Notes: generated by a model not told the origin, from the letters alone. Shown: positions 12,348-25,133, counted from the stretch's first letter. The stretch is DNA of 64,000 nucleotides from Vicinamibacterales bacterium (GCA_036257535.1 DATAFJ010000137.1:3540-67539), one strand, 5' to 3'. Translations and numbers: made by a program.

Positions 12348-13348
12348 GCCGTGGGATTCGCCGGCGGTTCATTTTTTCAACGCTGGGTTTTGCCGGTGTT
12401 GCCCTCGCCGTCATCCTGGGCGCGCCGCTCGTCGGGTCGACGTCAATCGATCTCCGGCGCGTCTTCGATTCGTCAATCCCTGTTTCGGAAAACGTCGACG
12501 CGCAGATTTTCTTCGTCGCGAGGCTGCCCCGCTCCCTGGCGGGCGCCCTCGTGGGCGCGACGCTGGCGTCGGCGGGCGTCATCTTTCAGGGTCTCTTGAG
12601 GAACCCGCTCGCCACGCCGTTCACGCTCGGCATCTCATCAGGCGCGGCGCTCGGCGCGATGCTGGCGATCACGTTCGGCTGGAGTTTCGCGATTGCCGGA
12701 ATCACGGCGGTGCCGCTCTCGAGCTTCGCCGGATCGATCGGCGCCGTGGCAATCGTCTACTGGCTGTCGGTCGCGCGCCAGCGGGGGTTATCGACGAGCG
12801 TCCTGCTCCTCGCGGGCGTCACGCTCAACGCGTTCATCTCCGCGCTGATTCTGTTCGTGCAGTACTTTGCCGACTTTGCCGAGACGTTCCGCACGCTCCG
12901 CTGGCTGATGGGCGATCTCGACGTGAGCAGCTTCCGGCCGATCGTCGTCGCGCTGCCGCTTGCCGTGGTGGCGTTCGCGATGTTCGCGATGCTGCCGCGG
13001 GCGCTCAACCTCCTCAGCCTCGGGCCCGACAGCGCAGCCGCCCGCGGCGTCGACATCGTCCGGGCGCAGCGGACGGCGTTCTTCAGCGCATCGCTGGCGA
13101 CCGGCGCGGCAGTGTCAGTCGGCGGGCCTATCGGCTTCGTGGGCATCATCGTTCCGCACCTCGTGCGGCTGCTGGTTGGATCGGATCACCGGATCGTGCT
13201 GCCTGCATCGGCTTTCTTCGGTGCGGCGTTCCTCGTCGCCTGCGACACGATCGCGCGGACCATCATGGCCCCCGTCGAGCTGCCGGTCGGCGTCATCACG
13301 GCAGTCCTCGGTGGACCGTTCTTCCTGTGGCTGTTGGTGAGACGATGA
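12344..13348 (+). CDS. FecCD/BtuC family ABC permease
   Basis: RLPRSLAGALVGATLASAGVIFQGLLRNPLA..PFTLGISSGAALGA and GPIGFVGIIVPHLVR are FecCD motifs. GTGA overlap with the ATPase stop. Confidence 0.9.
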   Translation: MSRGIRRRFIFSTLGFAGVALAVILGAPLVGSTSIDLRRVFDSSIPVSENVDAQIFFVARLPRSLAGALVGATLASAGVIFQGLLRNPLATPFTLGISSGAALGAMLAITFGWSFAIAGITAVPLSSFAGSIGAVAIVYWLSVARQRGLSTSVLLLAGVTLNAFISALILFVQYFADFAETFRTLRWLMGDLDVSSFRPIVVALPLAVVAFAMFAMLPRALNLLSLGPDSAAARGVDIVRAQRTAFFSASLATGAAVSVGGPIGFVGIIVPHLVRLLVGSDHRIVLPASAFFGAAFLVACDTIARTIMAPVELPVGVITAVLGGPFFLWLLVRR

Positions 13349-14376
13349 CCATGCGGACACGTCCGAGACTCTGGGTGTCTCTGCGTTTCTGCGTCTTTGC
13401 GTTCACGCTCTGGTCTGCGTTCTCCATCACCTCTGCGTCTCAACAGCCGGATACTCACCCGGCACGGATCATCTCTCTGATTCCGGCGACCACGGAGATG
13501 CTCTTCGCCATCGGCGCGGCGCCCCAGGTGGTGGCCGTCGGAAGCTTCGACGCACATCCACCCGAGGTGCAATCGCTGCCGCGTGTCGGCGCGCTGCTGG
13601 ATCCGGACGTCGAGCGCATCCTCTCGCTCAAGCCCGATCTCGTCATCGTCTACGGAACGCAGCTGGATCTTCGGCAGCAGCTCGAACGGGCCGGCATCCA
13701 GCAGTTCTCGTACAAGCACGGCGGGCTGGCCGGCGTGACCGCCACGATTCGCGCGCTCGGGGCACGAATCGGACGCGTGCAGGAGGCGGAGCGGGTGGCC
13801 ACGGACATCGAATCGCGCCTCACGTCAATCCGCCGCCGAATGGCCGGACGGCCCAGACCGAAAACCGTGCTCGTCTTCGGGCGCGACCGAATGTCGCTGC
13901 AGGGAATATTCGCCAGCGGCGGCGTCGGGTTTCTCAACGACATGCTCCAGACCGCAGGCGGCGACAACGTCTTTGCCGACGTCAAACGAGAGTCGGTGCA
14001 GGCAACGAGCGAGTTGATCCTCGCCCGGTCGCCGGACGTCATCCTCGAGCTCCGCAGCTCGATCGATCCCGACCAGGCGGCGGCCGAGCGCGCGGTCTGG
14101 GATACGCTTGCGGCCGTGCCGGCCGTGCGCACGGGACGCGTCCACATGCTCGCGGATCCGTCGCTCATGGTTCCTGGGCCGCGGGTGGCGCACGCAACCG
14201 AGCTGATCGCGGGGGCCCTGCATTCTCGAAGCCGCGGAGAGGGCGGAGGACGCGGAGACGGCTTTAACGCGGAGCTCGCAGAAAACGCAAAGAAACGGTT
14301 TGAAAAACCCTTTGCGAGCTCTGCGCTGAAATCGTCTCTGCGTCCTCAGCCCACCTCGGCGAGCGAAGGTCGCTGA
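13345..14376 (+). CDS. Periplasmic substrate-binding protein (BtuF/cluster A-2 type) with repeat-derived C-terminal extension
   Basis: ATGA overlap with the permease stop. Signal peptide, then RIISLIPATTEMLFAIGAAPQVVAV...LSLKPDLVIV. The last ~45 codons are read through a palindromic element (14243-14350). Confidence 0.8.
   Translation: MTMRTRPRLWVSLRFCVFAFTLWSAFSITSASQQPDTHPARIISLIPATTEMLFAIGAAPQVVAVGSFDAHPPEVQSLPRVGALLDPDVERILSLKPDLVIVYGTQLDLRQQLERAGIQQFSYKHGGLAGVTATIRALGARIGRVQEAERVATDIESRLTSIRRRMAGRPRPKTVLVFGRDRMSLQGIFASGGVGFLNDMLQTAGGDNVFADVKRESVQATSELILARSPDVILELRSSIDPDQAAAERAVWDTLAAVPAVRTGRVHMLADPSLMVPGPRVAHATELIAGALHSRSRGEGGGRGDGFNAELAENAKKRFEKPFASSALKSSLRPQPTSASEGR
14243..14350. repeat. 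~108-bp imperfect palindromic (MITE/REP-like) element inside the 3' end of the binding-protein ORF
   Basis: The outer arms gcggaggacgcggagacg (14243-14260) and cgtctctgcgtcctcagc (14333-14350) are reverse complements at 16/18 positions. The inner arms gagctcgca / tgcgagctc and gcaaag / ctttgc also pair. Confidence 0.75.
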
Positions 14377-15074
14377 TGCGGCTCCTCATCTCCTGGAGCT
14401 CCGGCAAAGACAGCGCGTGGATGCTCCAGGTACTGCGTCAGCAGGGACTGACGACAGGCGCGGCGCTGCTGACGACGGTGAACGAGGCGGTGGATCGTGT
14501 CGCGATGCACGGCGTCCGGCGGAGTCTGCTCGAGGCGCAGGCGTCAGCCGCCGGGCTGCCGCTCCGAACGATTCCTCTTCCGCATCCGTGTCCGAACGAC
14601 GTGTACGAGGCCCGGATGCGGGCCGCAGTCGCCGGCGCGGTCGCTGACGGTTTCACGCACGCGGCGTTCGGTGATCTCTTTCTCGAGGACGTTCGCGCAT
14701 ATCGCGAGCGCAATCTCGCCGGCACGGGACTCACGCCGCTGTTTCCGATCTGGGGCCGGGATACGGCGCGGCTCGCGCGAGAGATGATCGACGCTGGCGT
14801 CAAGGCAACCCTGACCTGTGTCGATCCGCGCGTGCTCGATCGAACGTTTGCAGGACGCCCGTTCGATGCAGCTCTTCTCGCCGATCTGCCGCCAGCCGTC
14901 GACCCGTGTGGCGAGCGCGGCGAGTTTCACACCGTGGCGACGGCCGGGCCGATGTTCGAGCGGGACATCCCGACGCGGGGCGGCGAGATCGTCGAGCGGG
15001 GTGGCTTCGTCTTCGCGGACGTCATCGTCGACGCCGGCGCGGTCCTAGGCTACGAACTCGACCGCCATCCGTGA
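14376..15074 (+). CDS. PP-loop ATP pyrophosphatase, Dph6-related/MJ0570 (DUF71) family
   Basis: The N-terminal ISWSSGKDS is a PP-loop (SGGKDS-like). The length and pattern are typical of COG2102. The ATG overlaps the upstream TGA (TGATG). Confidence 0.7.
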   Translation: MRLLISWSSGKDSAWMLQVLRQQGLTTGAALLTTVNEAVDRVAMHGVRRSLLEAQASAAGLPLRTIPLPHPCPNDVYEARMRAAVAGAVADGFTHAAFGDLFLEDVRAYRERNLAGTGLTPLFPIWGRDTARLAREMIDAGVKATLTCVDPRVLDRTFAGRPFDAALLADLPPAVDPCGERGEFHTVATAGPMFERDIPTRGGEIVERGGFVFADVIVDAGAVLGYELDRHP

Positions 15075-15872
15075 CGGGATGAGCCCGCGGTCGTACGCGT
15101 CCGCGTAGAGGCGCTCGAGCCCGGCGCGGCCGCGCGGCCCGTAGTCGAGCGTGAAATCGTTCACATACATCCCGACGAACCGATCGGTGCGTGAGCGATC
15201 GAGGCCACGGCCAAACTGCTGCGCGTACTCGACCGCTTCGTCGCGATGCGTCAGCGCGTGCGAGATGCTGGAGCGCAGCAGCCGCGAGACCTGTTCCATC
15301 GTCTCGCGGCCCAGATCGCGACGGATGATGTTGCCGCCGAGCGGCAGCGGGAGGCCGCCCGTTCGTTCCGCCCACCACTCGCCGAGATCGACGATCTTGA
15401 CGAGCCCTTCGTCCGCGTACGTCAGCTGGCCCTCATGAATGAGGAGACCTGCCGCCGCCTTTCCTTCCGCTACAGCCTCCTGGATGCGGTCGAACGGTAT
15501 CACCTCGAACTCGAAGTCCGGCTCGTACAGACGCAAGGTCAGATAGGCCGTCGTGAGCGTCCCGGGGATCGCAACCTTCGTCCCTTTGATCTTTGACGGC
15601 CCGTCCCGCCGCGCGACCACGATCGGGCCGTACCGATCTCCCATGCTTGCGCCGTGCGGCAGGAGCGCGTACTTATCGGCAAGATGCGCGTACGCGTGGA
15701 AGGAGACGGCCGTCACTTCGTAGCGTCCCTCGAACGCGGCGCGGTTCAGGGTCTCGATGTCAGCGAGAACCTGATCGATCTGCAGGCCGTCCGTCTCTAC
15801 GGCGCCGCTGGCCAGGCCGTAGAACATGAACGCATCGTCGGAATCTGGGCTGTGCGCTACGGTGATTTTCAT
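15045..15872 (-). CDS. Menaquinone biosynthesis protein, MqnA/MqnD (periplasmic-binding-protein-like) family
   Basis: MKITVAHSPDSDDAFMFYGL... and LLIHEGQLTY are typical of the COG2107/VitK2 biosynthesis family. Its 3' end overlaps the convergent gene by 30 nt. Confidence 0.7.
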   Translation of the reverse strand: MKITVAHSPDSDDAFMFYGLASGAVETDGLQIDQVLADIETLNRAAFEGRYEVTAVSFHAYAHLADKYALLPHGASMGDRYGPIVVARRDGPSKIKGTKVAIPGTLTTAYLTLRLYEPDFEFEVIPFDRIQEAVAEGKAAAGLLIHEGQLTYADEGLVKIVDLGEWWAERTGGLPLPLGGNIIRRDLGRETMEQVSRLLRSSISHALTHRDEAVEYAQQFGRGLDRSRTDRFVGMYVNDFTLDYGPRGRAGLERLYADAYDRGLIPSRMAVEFVA

Positions 15873-15895
15873 TTCTTTACTCGCGCTGGAGCCAC

Positions 15896-16396
15896 CTACA
15901 CATCATCGTCGTCCGGGGGCAGATACGGCTGCGACGCGCGACGGACGACGATCGTGAGGCCGAAGAGGACGAGCACGGCTGACGCGGCTGCGCCCAGGTA
16001 GATGCCGGAGCCTGTCGACGTCTTCGCGGGCGGCCGGGCGTCGAGGCCGTACACAATCGACGGCTTCTGCGCGTCGACCCACGCCCGATCTTCGGCGGCG
16101 CGCATCATCACGCGCTGCCCGAACAGGTTGACGCCCAGCGCCACGAGACCGACGAGCAGGAGTGGATGCCTCGAGTTGCGACGCGTCGCGATGCTGAGAG
16201 ACGCGAGGACGACGGCGAGCGCCCCGAGCCCCAGGACCCAGAGACCTGCGAGTCTCGGGACGGGCACCGCGACGTCGCCTACGTATACCCAGGGCAGAAA
16301 CGCGCTCGCGATGAGCAGCGTCCCGCCGGCTATCGGCAGGTAGTACCCGCGCATGTTATGTCCCACGACCGCCGCCGCGGCGCTTCGCAGAGACAT
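15896..16396 (-). CDS. Hypothetical membrane protein
   Basis: 166 aa with four hydrophobic segments. No family recognised. Confidence 0.5.
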   Translation of the reverse strand: MSLRSAAAAVVGHNMRGYYLPIAGGTLLIASAFLPWVYVGDVAVPVPRLAGLWVLGLGALAVVLASLSIATRRNSRHPLLLVGLVALGVNLFGQRVMMRAAEDRAWVDAQKPSIVYGLDARPPAKTSTGSGIYLGAAASAVLVLFGLTIVVRRASQPYLPPDDDDV

Positions 16397-16449
16397 GGAC
16401 CGGAGTGTACCACAGGGGTAGAATTGGATTCTGTTCAGGAGGCGCGGAG

Positions 16450-16899
16450 ATGAAAGCGATCAGCGCCGTAATTCAAGGACAAGACACTGCGGTCGTGGAC
16501 CCTGGTGCGAACGTCCTCGAAGCCGTGCAATTGATGGCCGACCGCAACATCGGCGCCGTCCCCGTCGTGGAGGGAGAACGGCTCGTCGGCATCTTCACTG
16601 AGCGCGACGTCATGTCGAGAGTGGTCGCTGCCGGTCTCGACGCAAAGACGACGGCCGTCCGCGACGTCATGAGCCCCGAGCTCGTCGTCGCGGATTTTCG
16701 CGACAGCTACGACACATGCCTGCGGCGGATGCAGCAGGCGCGCGTCCGCCATCTGATCGTTCTGAAGGAAGGCCGCCTGGCTGGGGTGCTGTCGGTTCGC
16801 GATCTGCTGGCGGTCGAGCTCGACGAGAAGGACGAGGCGATCAACCTGCTAAACGCCTACGTCCACTACATTCCGGCTGACCTCGCGCGGAAGAGCTGA
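16450..16899 (+). CDS. CBS domain pair protein
   Basis: ATG follows GGAGG. The sequence has two CBS repeats (AVQLMADRNIGAVPVVE..LVGIFTERDV; RRMQQARVRHLIVLKEGRLAGVLSVRDL). Confidence 0.85.
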   Translation: MKAISAVIQGQDTAVVDPGANVLEAVQLMADRNIGAVPVVEGERLVGIFTERDVMSRVVAAGLDAKTTAVRDVMSPELVVADFRDSYDTCLRRMQQARVRHLIVLKEGRLAGVLSVRDLLAVELDEKDEAINLLNAYVHYIPADLARKS

Positions 16900-16900
16900 C

Positions 16901-17344
16901 CTAAAGGTCGGGCCGATCCGGTTCCGGCTTCTTACGTGCCTTCTCCGCCAGCCATTTCATGAGCGCGATCGTGGGCGTCATCAGATCCGCGGGCGGAGAC
17001 TTGAACTCCTGCGGCGTGACAAGGTTGAGGAATTCGGTGTGCGTCGGGGACCCGTACTGGACGGCGCCCGACTTCGTATCGATGTCAGAAAACAGGTCAA
17101 TCTTCGAGTAGCGGCCGTAGACCTCGACGTAGTATTCGAGCCTCAGCCCGTCGGTCTTGGTGGCTGGCGCCTGGGCAAGCTTGCGGCGGATCCGTTCAAC
17201 CGACACCGGCAGCTCCCGTTGCGCCGCTTCGACCTGCTCGGGACTTGGGAGCTGGGGAGCCTGTGTCGACGGCTGTTCCTGCGCCGTCAAGCCGGCAGGC
17301 GCCGCAAGCAACGCTGCAACGAGCGCGAGCGCGGTCACCTTCAT
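16901..17344 (-). CDS. Hypothetical secreted protein
   Basis: MKVTALALVAALLAAPAGLTAQ is a signal peptide. It is the last gene of the suf-nifS transcription unit. No family recognised. Confidence 0.55.
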   Translation of the reverse strand: MKVTALALVAALLAAPAGLTAQEQPSTQAPQLPSPEQVEAAQRELPVSVERIRRKLAQAPATKTDGLRLEYYVEVYGRYSKIDLFSDIDTKSGAVQYGSPTHTEFLNLVTPQEFKSPPADLMTPTIALMKWLAEKARKKPEPDRPDL

Positions 17345-17346
17345 CC

Positions 17347-18531
17347 TCAACTTATGACGCCTCCAGCCGACTGTCGGTGGCCCTGCCTCAAGGACAGCAC
17401 GATTCGCGCCACACGCGCCGCCGCCTCGTCCACGTCCTCCGGTGTATTGGAACGGCCCAGCCCGAACCGGATCGTGGCTTTCGCCATCTCATCGGGCACC
17501 CTGAGCGCTCGTAACACGTGCGACGACTTGGCGGACGCGGATGCGCACGCGGCGCCTGGCGACACCGCCAGGTCGCCGAGCGCCAGCAGCAATTGCTCGC
17601 CCTCGACCCCTTCAAAACTCACGTTCAGGTTGTGAGGAAGCCGTTCGGCCATCGAACCATTCACCACGATGCCGCCGACGTGCGACCTCAGGGCTGAGAG
17701 CAGGCGGTCGCGCAGGGCGCCGAGCCGCTCGGCGTCGGTGTGCATTTCGTCCCCCGCAACAGCACAAGCGCGGCCGAGCCCGACGATCCCGGGAACGTTG
17801 AGCGTGCCCGATCGCAAGCCCCCTTCGTGGCCGCCGCCGTCCATGATCGGGTCGATGACGATGCGCGGGCGCTGACGACGAATGTACAGCGCGCCCACAC
17901 CCTTCGGCCCGTACAGCTTGTGAGCCGTCAGCGACGCGAGATCCACTTCCCAGCCGTCGAGCGGAAGCGGGATCTTCCCGGCGGCCTGAGCCGCGTCGGT
18001 GTGAAAGAGCGCGCCGTGCACGTGCGCAAGGCGGGCCGCGGCGGCGATCGGCTGGATGACGCCGATCTCGTTGTTCGCGGTCATCACGCTCACGAGGATG
18101 GTCGACCGATCAATCGCGCGTTCGAGCTCGTCGAGCGAGATCAGGCCGTCCCGCGAGACGCCAAGGCGCACGATCTCGAAGCCGTCACGCTCGAGGCGCG
18201 CACAGACGTCGAGGACCGAGTCGTGCTCGATCGCGGTAATCACGATCCGGCGTCCACGCTCGCGGCATGAGGAGGCGACACCTTTGATCGCTAGATTATT
18301 GGACTCAGTCGCGCCGCTCGTGAAGACGATCTCGCGGGAGCTGGCGCCGAGGAGCGAAGCCACTTCCTCGCGCGCGCGCTGCACCGCGTCTGCCGCCTCG
18401 AGGCCGTAGCGATGCGTCCGGCTCGACGCGTTTCCGAAGCGCTCAGTGAAGAACGGCAGCATCGCCTCGAGCACCCGCGGGTCGACCGGCGTCGTCGCGT
18501 GAGAGTCGAGATAGATCGTGCGGCCGGCCAT
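17347..18531 (-). CDS. Cysteine desulfurase, NifS/IscS class
   Basis: IYLDSHATTPVDPRV, FTSGATESNNLAIKG, the SLTAHKLYGPKGVGALY PLP-lysine motif and SPGAACAS... are class V aminotransferase/IscS-like features. Confidence 0.9.
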   Translation of the reverse strand: MAGRTIYLDSHATTPVDPRVLEAMLPFFTERFGNASSRTHRYGLEAADAVQRAREEVASLLGASSREIVFTSGATESNNLAIKGVASSCRERGRRIVITAIEHDSVLDVCARLERDGFEIVRLGVSRDGLISLDELERAIDRSTILVSVMTANNEIGVIQPIAAAARLAHVHGALFHTDAAQAAGKIPLPLDGWEVDLASLTAHKLYGPKGVGALYIRRQRPRIVIDPIMDGGGHEGGLRSGTLNVPGIVGLGRACAVAGDEMHTDAERLGALRDRLLSALRSHVGGIVVNGSMAERLPHNLNVSFEGVEGEQLLLALGDLAVSPGAACASASAKSSHVLRALRVPDEMAKATIRFGLGRSNTPEDVDEAAARVARIVLSLRQGHRQSAGGVIS

Positions 18532-18547
18532 GTGATGCCTTACAGCG

Positions 18548-18946
18548 TTACCACAGCCCGAGCTGCAGTTTCGCGGCGTCGCTCATTCGATCCTTCGTCC
18601 AGGGCGGGTCCCAGACGATTTCGACGCGCGCGTCCTTCACCCCGTCTACCTTTCGGACTTTGTCGCGTACCTCGACAGGCAGCGACTGAGCGGCTGGACA
18701 TGCCGGAGCGGTCAGCGTCATCTTGACGGCCGCAACGCCGTCGGCGTCAACGAAGATGTCGTACACGAGCCCGAGCTCGAAGATGTTGACTGGGATCTCC
18801 GGATCGTAGACGGTCGAGAGCGCCTCGACGACCTTGGGCTTCAGCTCGCTCGTCTTGACCGGATCAGGAACGAGCCCGGCGACGCTGTCGCTGACGGACT
18901 CTTCCGACGCGGGCGGAGGATCGGGGAGCAGGGGGAAGTTTTTCAT
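18548..18946 (-). CDS. sufT: SUF system Fe-S assembly protein SufT (DUF59/PaaD-like)
   Basis: VYDPEIPVNIFELGLVY...MTLTAPACP...VEIVWDPPW is the DUF59 signature. Confidence 0.85.
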   Translation of the reverse strand: MKNFPLLPDPPPASEESVSDSVAGLVPDPVKTSELKPKVVEALSTVYDPEIPVNIFELGLVYDIFVDADGVAAVKMTLTAPACPAAQSLPVEVRDKVRKVDGVKDARVEIVWDPPWTKDRMSDAAKLQLGLW

Positions 18947-18959
18947 CGAGTCGTTATGG

Positions 18960-19409
18960 CTACTCTGTTGAGACGACCTCGGGTTTCTCGGCCTTCACGG
19001 CGGCCTTCATCGTGTGCCAGGCAAGACTGGCGCACTTCACACGCACGGGAAACTCCCGGACGCCTGCGAAAACCGACAGCTTGCCGAGATCCTCGACGGC
19101 GGTGTCGGGCGGCGACGTCACCATCCGGTGAAACCGCTGGAACAGCGCTTCTGCATCTGCGACCGTTCTTCCCTTCAACGCCTCGGTCATCAGCGACGCC
19201 GACGCCTTCGAGATGGCGCAGCCCGATCCCTGGAACGAGACGTCACGGATGACATCGCCGTCCAGCTGCAGGAAGAGCGTGAGCCGATCGCCGCACAGCG
19301 GATTGAAGCCCTCGGCCCGGCGGTTCGCGCCGTCGAGCGCGCGGAAGTTCCGCGGCGTGCGGTTGTGGTCGAGAATGACTTCCTGGTAGAGATCGCTGAG
19401 ATCGGACAT
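18960..19409 (-). CDS. sufU: SUF system NifU-family scaffold/sulfur acceptor SufU
   Basis: LYQEVILDHNRTPRNF, NPLCGD, GSGCAISKASAS and RVKCASLAW are the conserved SufU Cys motifs. Confidence 0.9.
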   Translation of the reverse strand: MSDLSDLYQEVILDHNRTPRNFRALDGANRRAEGFNPLCGDRLTLFLQLDGDVIRDVSFQGSGCAISKASASLMTEALKGRTVADAEALFQRFHRMVTSPPDTAVEDLGKLSVFAGVREFPVRVKCASLAWHTMKAAVKAEKPEVVSTE

Positions 19410-19415
19410 CGTGTT

Positions 19416-20692
<1,277 letters not shown>

Positions 20693-20696
<4 letters not shown>

Positions 20697-22014
20697 TGCC
20701 CCTCCAGATCCTGCGCGAGCCGATCGAAGAGCGCCGCTTCCATCTGCGCGCGCACGGGCTCGACCTTGATCTCGTTCAGGATCTCGCCGGCGAATGCGTG
20801 GATGAGCAGATCGCGCGCCTCGAGGGCCGTCAGGCCGCGCGCGCGCAGGTAGAACAACGCCTCTTCGTCGAGCTGGCCGATCGCCGCTCCATGCGTACAC
20901 TTCACGTCGTCCGCAAAGATCTCGAGCTGCGGCTTCGTGTTGATCTGGGCGTCGTCGGAGAGGAGGAGCGCGCGGTTGGTCTGCTTCGCGTCGGTCTTCT
21001 GCGCATCCTGCCGGACGACGATCTTTCCGTTGAACACGGCGCGCGCCTTGCCCGCGAGGATGCCCTTGTAGAGCTCGTGGCTCGCGCAGTGCGGCATCGC
21101 GTGGTCGATCATGGTGTGGTTGTCGACGAGCCGCCGGGCGTCGCTGAAGTACAGGCCGTTGAGCGTGCACTCGCCGCCTTCTCCCCCCAGGACCGCAACG
21201 AGGTCGTTGCGGACGATCCCGCCGCCGAAAGCGAACGACTGCGACGCGAAGTTGCTGGACCGGGCCAGCCGCACGTGCATGGTCGCGACGTGGTGAGCCG
21301 TTGTCGGCTCGCGCTGGTCCTTGTAGTGTTCGACGACGGCGTTCTCGCCGAGCTCGATTTCGGTGACGGCGTTCGTGAGATACGGCACGCCTTCGGCGCC
21401 GACATAGGTCTCGACGATCGTCGCCTGCGCGCTCGCGCCGACGGACACGACGATCCGGGGATGCGCGACGACCGGGTCCGCGCCCGGAACTGTCGCGACG
21501 ACGATGTGGATGGCGTCGCGGAGAAGTGCTCCGGCCGGGACCACCACGAGCGCGCCGTCGTCCAGAAACGCGGTGTTGAGTGCGACGAACGGACGGCCGT
21601 CCATTTCAAAGGCGCCGATCTGCTGCTCCAGACCGACGCTCCCACCCGCGACGGCGCCAGCCAGGCTGCCCGCCTGAACCGGCGAATTGGAGATCCGCGA
21701 GAGCTCGGGCACGAAACGGCCGTTGATGACGACGATGCGGATCGCGGCGTCGAAGAGGACGTCGCGGATGAGCGTGTCGACGCCGGGCGCGACCGCCGGT
21801 GCCAGCGTCCAGGGCGTTTCGGCGATCGGGGCGACGTTCGTGAACCGCCACTCCTCGTCGCGCGTCGTCGGAAAGCCACGCTCCGCGAAGCGGACCAGTC
21901 CGCGTCCGCGAAGATCGCGCAGCCAGGCCGGATCGGACGCACGACACGCGATGAAGCGATCATGTTCCGCGAGATAGAAGTCGTTCCGCTCCGCGACAGC
22001 CCCGCCCTTCGCCA

Positions 22015-22015
<1 letters not shown>
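20693..22015 (-). CDS. sufD: Fe-S cluster assembly protein SufD
   Basis: The C-terminal beta-helix pattern (...FNGKIVVRQDAQKTDAKQTNRALLLSDDAQINTKPQLEIFADDVKCTHGAAIGQLDEEALFYLRARG) is present. The ATG at 22015 overlaps the sufC TAA. Confidence 0.9.
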
Positions 22016-22770
<755 letters not shown>

Positions 22771-22775
22771 GTGTT

Positions 22776-24221
<1,446 letters not shown>

Positions 24222-24234
24222 GGTCCCTACACAC

Positions 24235-24254
24235 GCCCGACCTGAAGGTCGGGC
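24235..24254. repeat. REP-like hairpin GCCCGACC-TGAA-GGTCGGGC (copy H1)
   Basis: A perfect 8-bp stem with a 4-nt loop lies between the iscA-like stop and the sufB start. The same element recurs at 26803, 58732 and, degenerate, at 26775 and 32043. Confidence 0.85.
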
Positions 24255-24581
24255 CTACACTGAAAACGAAGTTCCGCAACCGCACGTGCTCTTCGCGTGC
24301 GGATTGTTGAAGATGAAGCCGCGGCTCACGAGGCTCGTGTCGTAGTCGAGCTCCGTGCCGTCGAGCAGCCTGTGGCTCTTCGGATCGACGAAGAGACGCG
24401 CGCCGTCCGGCCCGTCGAACACCTCGTCGTTCGGCCGGGGCGCCGCTTCCCAGGCGAACGTGTAGCTGTAGCCGGAGCAGCCGCCCGCCTTGATGCCGAT
24501 GCGAAGGCCGCCGCCAGGGATGCCGTTCTTCTCCAGCATCTTCGTGATAATTGCCGCGGCGTTTTCGCTTATCTGAACCAT
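24255..24581 (-). CDS. HesB/IscA-family Fe-S cluster insertion protein
   Basis: MVQISENAAAIITKML...GGCSGYSY...F.NP.A...CGCG.SF has the three conserved Cys. An alternative TTG start at 24599 lies inside the repeat array. Confidence 0.85.
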   Translation of the reverse strand: MVQISENAAAIITKMLEKNGIPGGGLRIGIKAGGCSGYSYTFAWEAAPRPNDEVFDGPDGARLFVDPKSHRLLDGTELDYDTSLVSRGFIFNNPHAKSTCGCGTSFSV

Positions 24582-24587
24582 CTCGTT

Positions 24588-24643
24588 CCCAGGCCCCAAG
24601 CCCTAGTCCCTAGTCCCTAGTCCCCAGTCCCCAGTCCCTGGCT
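24588..24643. repeat. Tandem heptanucleotide array R3, 8 units (CCCAGGC CCCAAGC CCTAGTCx3 CCCAGTCx2 CCTGGCT)
   Basis: Read directly. It spans the Rrf2 gene stop and ends 6 nt from the iscA-like ATG. It is G-rich on the transcribed (minus) sense strand. Confidence 0.9.
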
Positions 24644-25093
24644 CTTTCGTCCACCCAGCGTGCCCGCTGTCACAGGTATGACCTCCGGCGGATCCGCCAT
24701 GAGGTCTGCCACCGTGCACGTCGCGAGCGCCTCGACTATTCGATCCTTGATGCGCCAGAGCGGATCGCGCACGCTGCAGGCGGAGTACTGATCGCATCGA
24801 TGATCATCCGTGGAACAGGCCGTGATGGTGAGCGGCCCGTCGATCGCCTGGATGACCTCGGAGACCGAGATCGCACCCGCCGGGCGCGACAGCTGATATC
24901 CGCCGCGCGTGCCCTGATGGGACGCCAGCAGCCCACCACGCACAAGCCGCTGGAGCACCTTCGCGAGCAGCTCCACCGGAATGTCGTAGTGATGCGCGAT
25001 CTCCCGGGCGCTCGCCGAGCCCCGGTCGGCCTGAAGCGCAAGATGCTTCATTGCCATAAGCGCGTAATCGGCCTTCTTCGAGAGCCTCAGCAT
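24617..25093 (-). CDS. Rrf2 family transcriptional regulator (IscR/SufR-like role by context)
   Basis: MLRLSKKADYALMAMKHLA...SAREIA..Y.IP...LAKVLQRLV..GLL.S..G..GGY.L.R is an Rrf2 HTH. A three-Cys region follows (CSTDDHRCDQYSAC). The last ~9 codons are encoded by array R3. Confidence 0.9.
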   Translation of the reverse strand: MLRLSKKADYALMAMKHLALQADRGSASAREIAHHYDIPVELLAKVLQRLVRGGLLASHQGTRGGYQLSRPAGAISVSEVIQAIDGPLTITACSTDDHRCDQYSACSVRDPLWRIKDRIVEALATCTVADLMADPPEVIPVTAGTLGGRKSQGLGTGD

Positions 25094-25110
25094 GCTGGCC
25101 GCCTTGTGCG

Positions 25111-25133
25111 GAATCCCGACCAAAGTAGTCCTA
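25111..25133 (-). promoter_or_regulatory. Candidate Rrf2/IscR-type operator overlapping a -10-like TAATAT
   Basis: The minus strand reads ATAGGACTACTTTGGTCGGGATT. This resembles the type-1 IscR site pattern ATA..GACT.....AGTC...TAT as I recall it. Confidence 0.35.

Noticed and set aside
20697-21170. N-terminal 157 codons of the tracked 584-aa sufS ORF
   Set aside because: This part lies over sufD in another frame and is low-complexity. The SufS homology starts near the GTG at 20696, which forms a GTGA junction with sufD.
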